Positions 61,823 through 64,000 of a DNA stretch of 64,000 nt are shown piece by piece. The DNA lies in the NCBI RefSeq assembly GCF_036971445.1, contig NC_091470.1, positions 156,736,001 to 156,800,000 of the forward strand. The letters run 5' to 3'. The notes under the pieces were generated by a model. That model worked only from the letters and a program-made list of their open reading frames with translations, ran no database searches and was not told the origin of the DNA. The stretch's first letter is position 1; each line of letters begins with the position of its first letter. Made by a program: the position numbers and the translations under genes. This DNA comes from Narcine bancroftii (taxonomy: Eukaryota).

Positions 61823-64000
61823 AAGTACTCTGCATCTGGATGATATACGATAATTTCTGTGTTCGTAGCATGGAGGAGATTAGGATGTCAGAATGAATAA
61901 GATGAGAGATTGACCACCTGTTGGACAGTGGCCCTGCAAGGAATGGACTTAATATGTTTAATGTTCACAAAAGGTTCCCCAAGATCTCTCTTCTCCATTA
62001 ACTAATGATGCCTCCAACCATTATTATAAATGATGATTAGCAATAGATCCTTGGAAGACTCCACTTCTGACTTGATCCACATGAAACATGTCCCCAGGCT
62101 GGCATGGTTAGTGTAGTGGCTGTAACAGTGCCAGTGACTGGGATTCGAATCTGACGCTGTCTGTAAGGCATTTGTACGTTCTCCCCGTATGTGTGTGGGT
62201 ATCCTCCGGGTGCTCCGGTTTCTTCCCACCTTTCAAGAACGTACCGGGGGATTGTAGTTCAATTGGGTGGCACGGGCCCATGGGCCAAACAGGCCGTATT
62301 GGCCCTTCTAGTCTGGACCGATTTACGTGAAACTCCACTAGTTCCACCTACCCACTCCTTTGCCCATAACCCTCACATCCATGTACTCATCTAACCTCCT
62401 CTGAAATTACAGAATTGACCCTGCCGCAACTACCTCTTCCGGATAAAATCAGGCTATTTGTCCAACACCTTGAAATCATACCCATGAGATAGAGTATATA
62501 ATGTTAATAAAAGTCTTCATTGGTTAGTGGTTCAGGAATTCCTAAGATTATGTTGGGATTCTTCAGTAACTGATAACCTCTGAGAGTGGTATTTGAAGCC
62601 AATGCTTACAAATCCTTTGCTTCAACAAATGTCAAACATTGTGAAAGCAGATATCAAATATTTGTTTAAAATGTCCTTCCTACTCAATCTTCACGTGGCC
62701 AGTTGGTCTGATAAATTCATCATTCCATTGGTACAGCAACCAGCCTCTTTCATCCAGAATTCATTCAGCTCTATTTGTGCATATACAAAATATATATTTC
62801 TTATTTGATTAAAAAATTACAGTTTTATATGATTAGCATTGTTGGTGTGAGGACTGTTAAAAGCAAAATATTGGCTCAATTAATAGTCCACAGCTAATCT
62901 TAGTAAAGCAGGCTCATGACATCAGTGAGGTGTATCTGTTCAGGATATCCAAGGGCACTGTCATAAGGGCTAACTGATGCTTTCCCCCCCCACCCCCAAC
63001 CTCTGGAGGAAGTTTATCCTCTGCACCCACCCACACTTCAACAAGGAAGATGAAGCTAAGAATTTATTGTTATACACATGAGTACAATGTACAAATGCAC
63101 TGAAATTCTTCTTGATGACCGCAAATCTATGGGTATGTAAAATACACCAATAAAACAGTAAGTGCCGTATATACTTATGTAAAAGTAGAGTGTTTTGGAC
63201 CAATTTTTCAGGTTAAATTTTGGGAGTCAACCTTCACAAAGGTCATACTTTTGATCGTGGTAAGTACCTGCATCGTTCAAAGTGTCAGGAGCTCGGATGG
63301 GTAGGACTGGGTGGTAAGTCTGCAGTTGGGGCATTGGGAGCTTGGATGGGTGGGTGGATATGGCGAGAGTCCGCAGTTAGGCTTCAGGAACTCAAATGGG
63401 CAAGATCGGGTGTTAGGACCATGCTGGGGCATCGGGAACTGGGATGGGTGCCTGGCCGAGGCAAGGATCTGCGGTCGTGGTGTCACAAGCTCAGATGGGT
63501 GGGCGGCTGGTGTGTCAAGAGCTCAGATGAGTGGGTGGTTGGGGCATCAGTAGCTCGGATGGGATGGAGGTCGGGGCATCAGGAGCTTGAATGGCAATTC
63601 TACCTCGCCCGCAGGAAAAAGAATCTCAGAGTTTTATGTGGTGTCATGTATGTTCTCTGACAATAGATCTGAAATCTGAATTGATCTGATATTCCATATG
63701 CCCAGAAAGAAAATTCTTCCATTTGTAAATTTTTTGCACTAAGTTAGTGTATTTCACGTTACTCTCATAGTTGAATGTGGTTTTTGACAGAAGCAACACT
63801 TTACCTGCAATCGATGAGAGCGCCATGCTGTAAGTGTGCTTTCACAAGGTGGAGATCACCACTGCAGGCTGCTTGATGAAGGTCAGTCCATCTACCCAGG
63901 TGGACACCACCTCCTGCTCTCTGTTGCACCTCAATGATATCGACCAATCTCCACAGCAGTTCAGTTGTCATCCCAGACACCTGCTTCTGCTTTCTTTAAA

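Noticed and set aside
62680-62775. Possible upstream ANKRD65 exon (DERGWLLYQW...)
   Set aside because: No convincing ankyrin consensus or in-frame acceptor/start; the 5' exon(s) probably lie beyond the window.

Overview
Eukaryotic (vertebrate) genomic DNA. The repeat complement suggests a cartilaginous fish such as a ray or skate (inference). Four intron-containing genes lie on the minus strand, in transcriptional order ANKRD65 (last two exons only; 5' part not found), MRPL20 (4 exons, 149 aa), UBE2J2 (6 coding exons, 257 aa, plus a probable non-coding first exon in a CpG island) and a LACTBL1-like serine beta-lactamase-fold gene (6 coding exons, about 562 aa). All coding-exon boundaries were read as GT-AG with consistent phases. 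The rest is mostly transposon debris (CR1, Rex1/Babar, L1/Tx1, RTE, Penelope-like hairpins, SINEs, hAT, Tigger and Chapaev3 remnants); its boundaries are approximate and family names are from recall. I found no multi-gene novel system. The most notable items are: (1) a rearranged class III (ERV-S/ERV-L-like) endogenous retrovirus with an intact-looking 712-bp LTR, a 19-nt tRNA-Ser primer-binding site and an internal inversion; (2) two RTE LINEs nested in one CR1 relic, one with a twin-priming-type 5' inversion; (3) a 33 x 28-bp near-perfect GC-rich minisatellite inside a MITE in a UBE2J2 intron; (4) a 5S rRNA-derived sequence in an MRPL20 intron; (5) a predicted splice-created uORF whose stop overlaps the UBE2J2 start codon.
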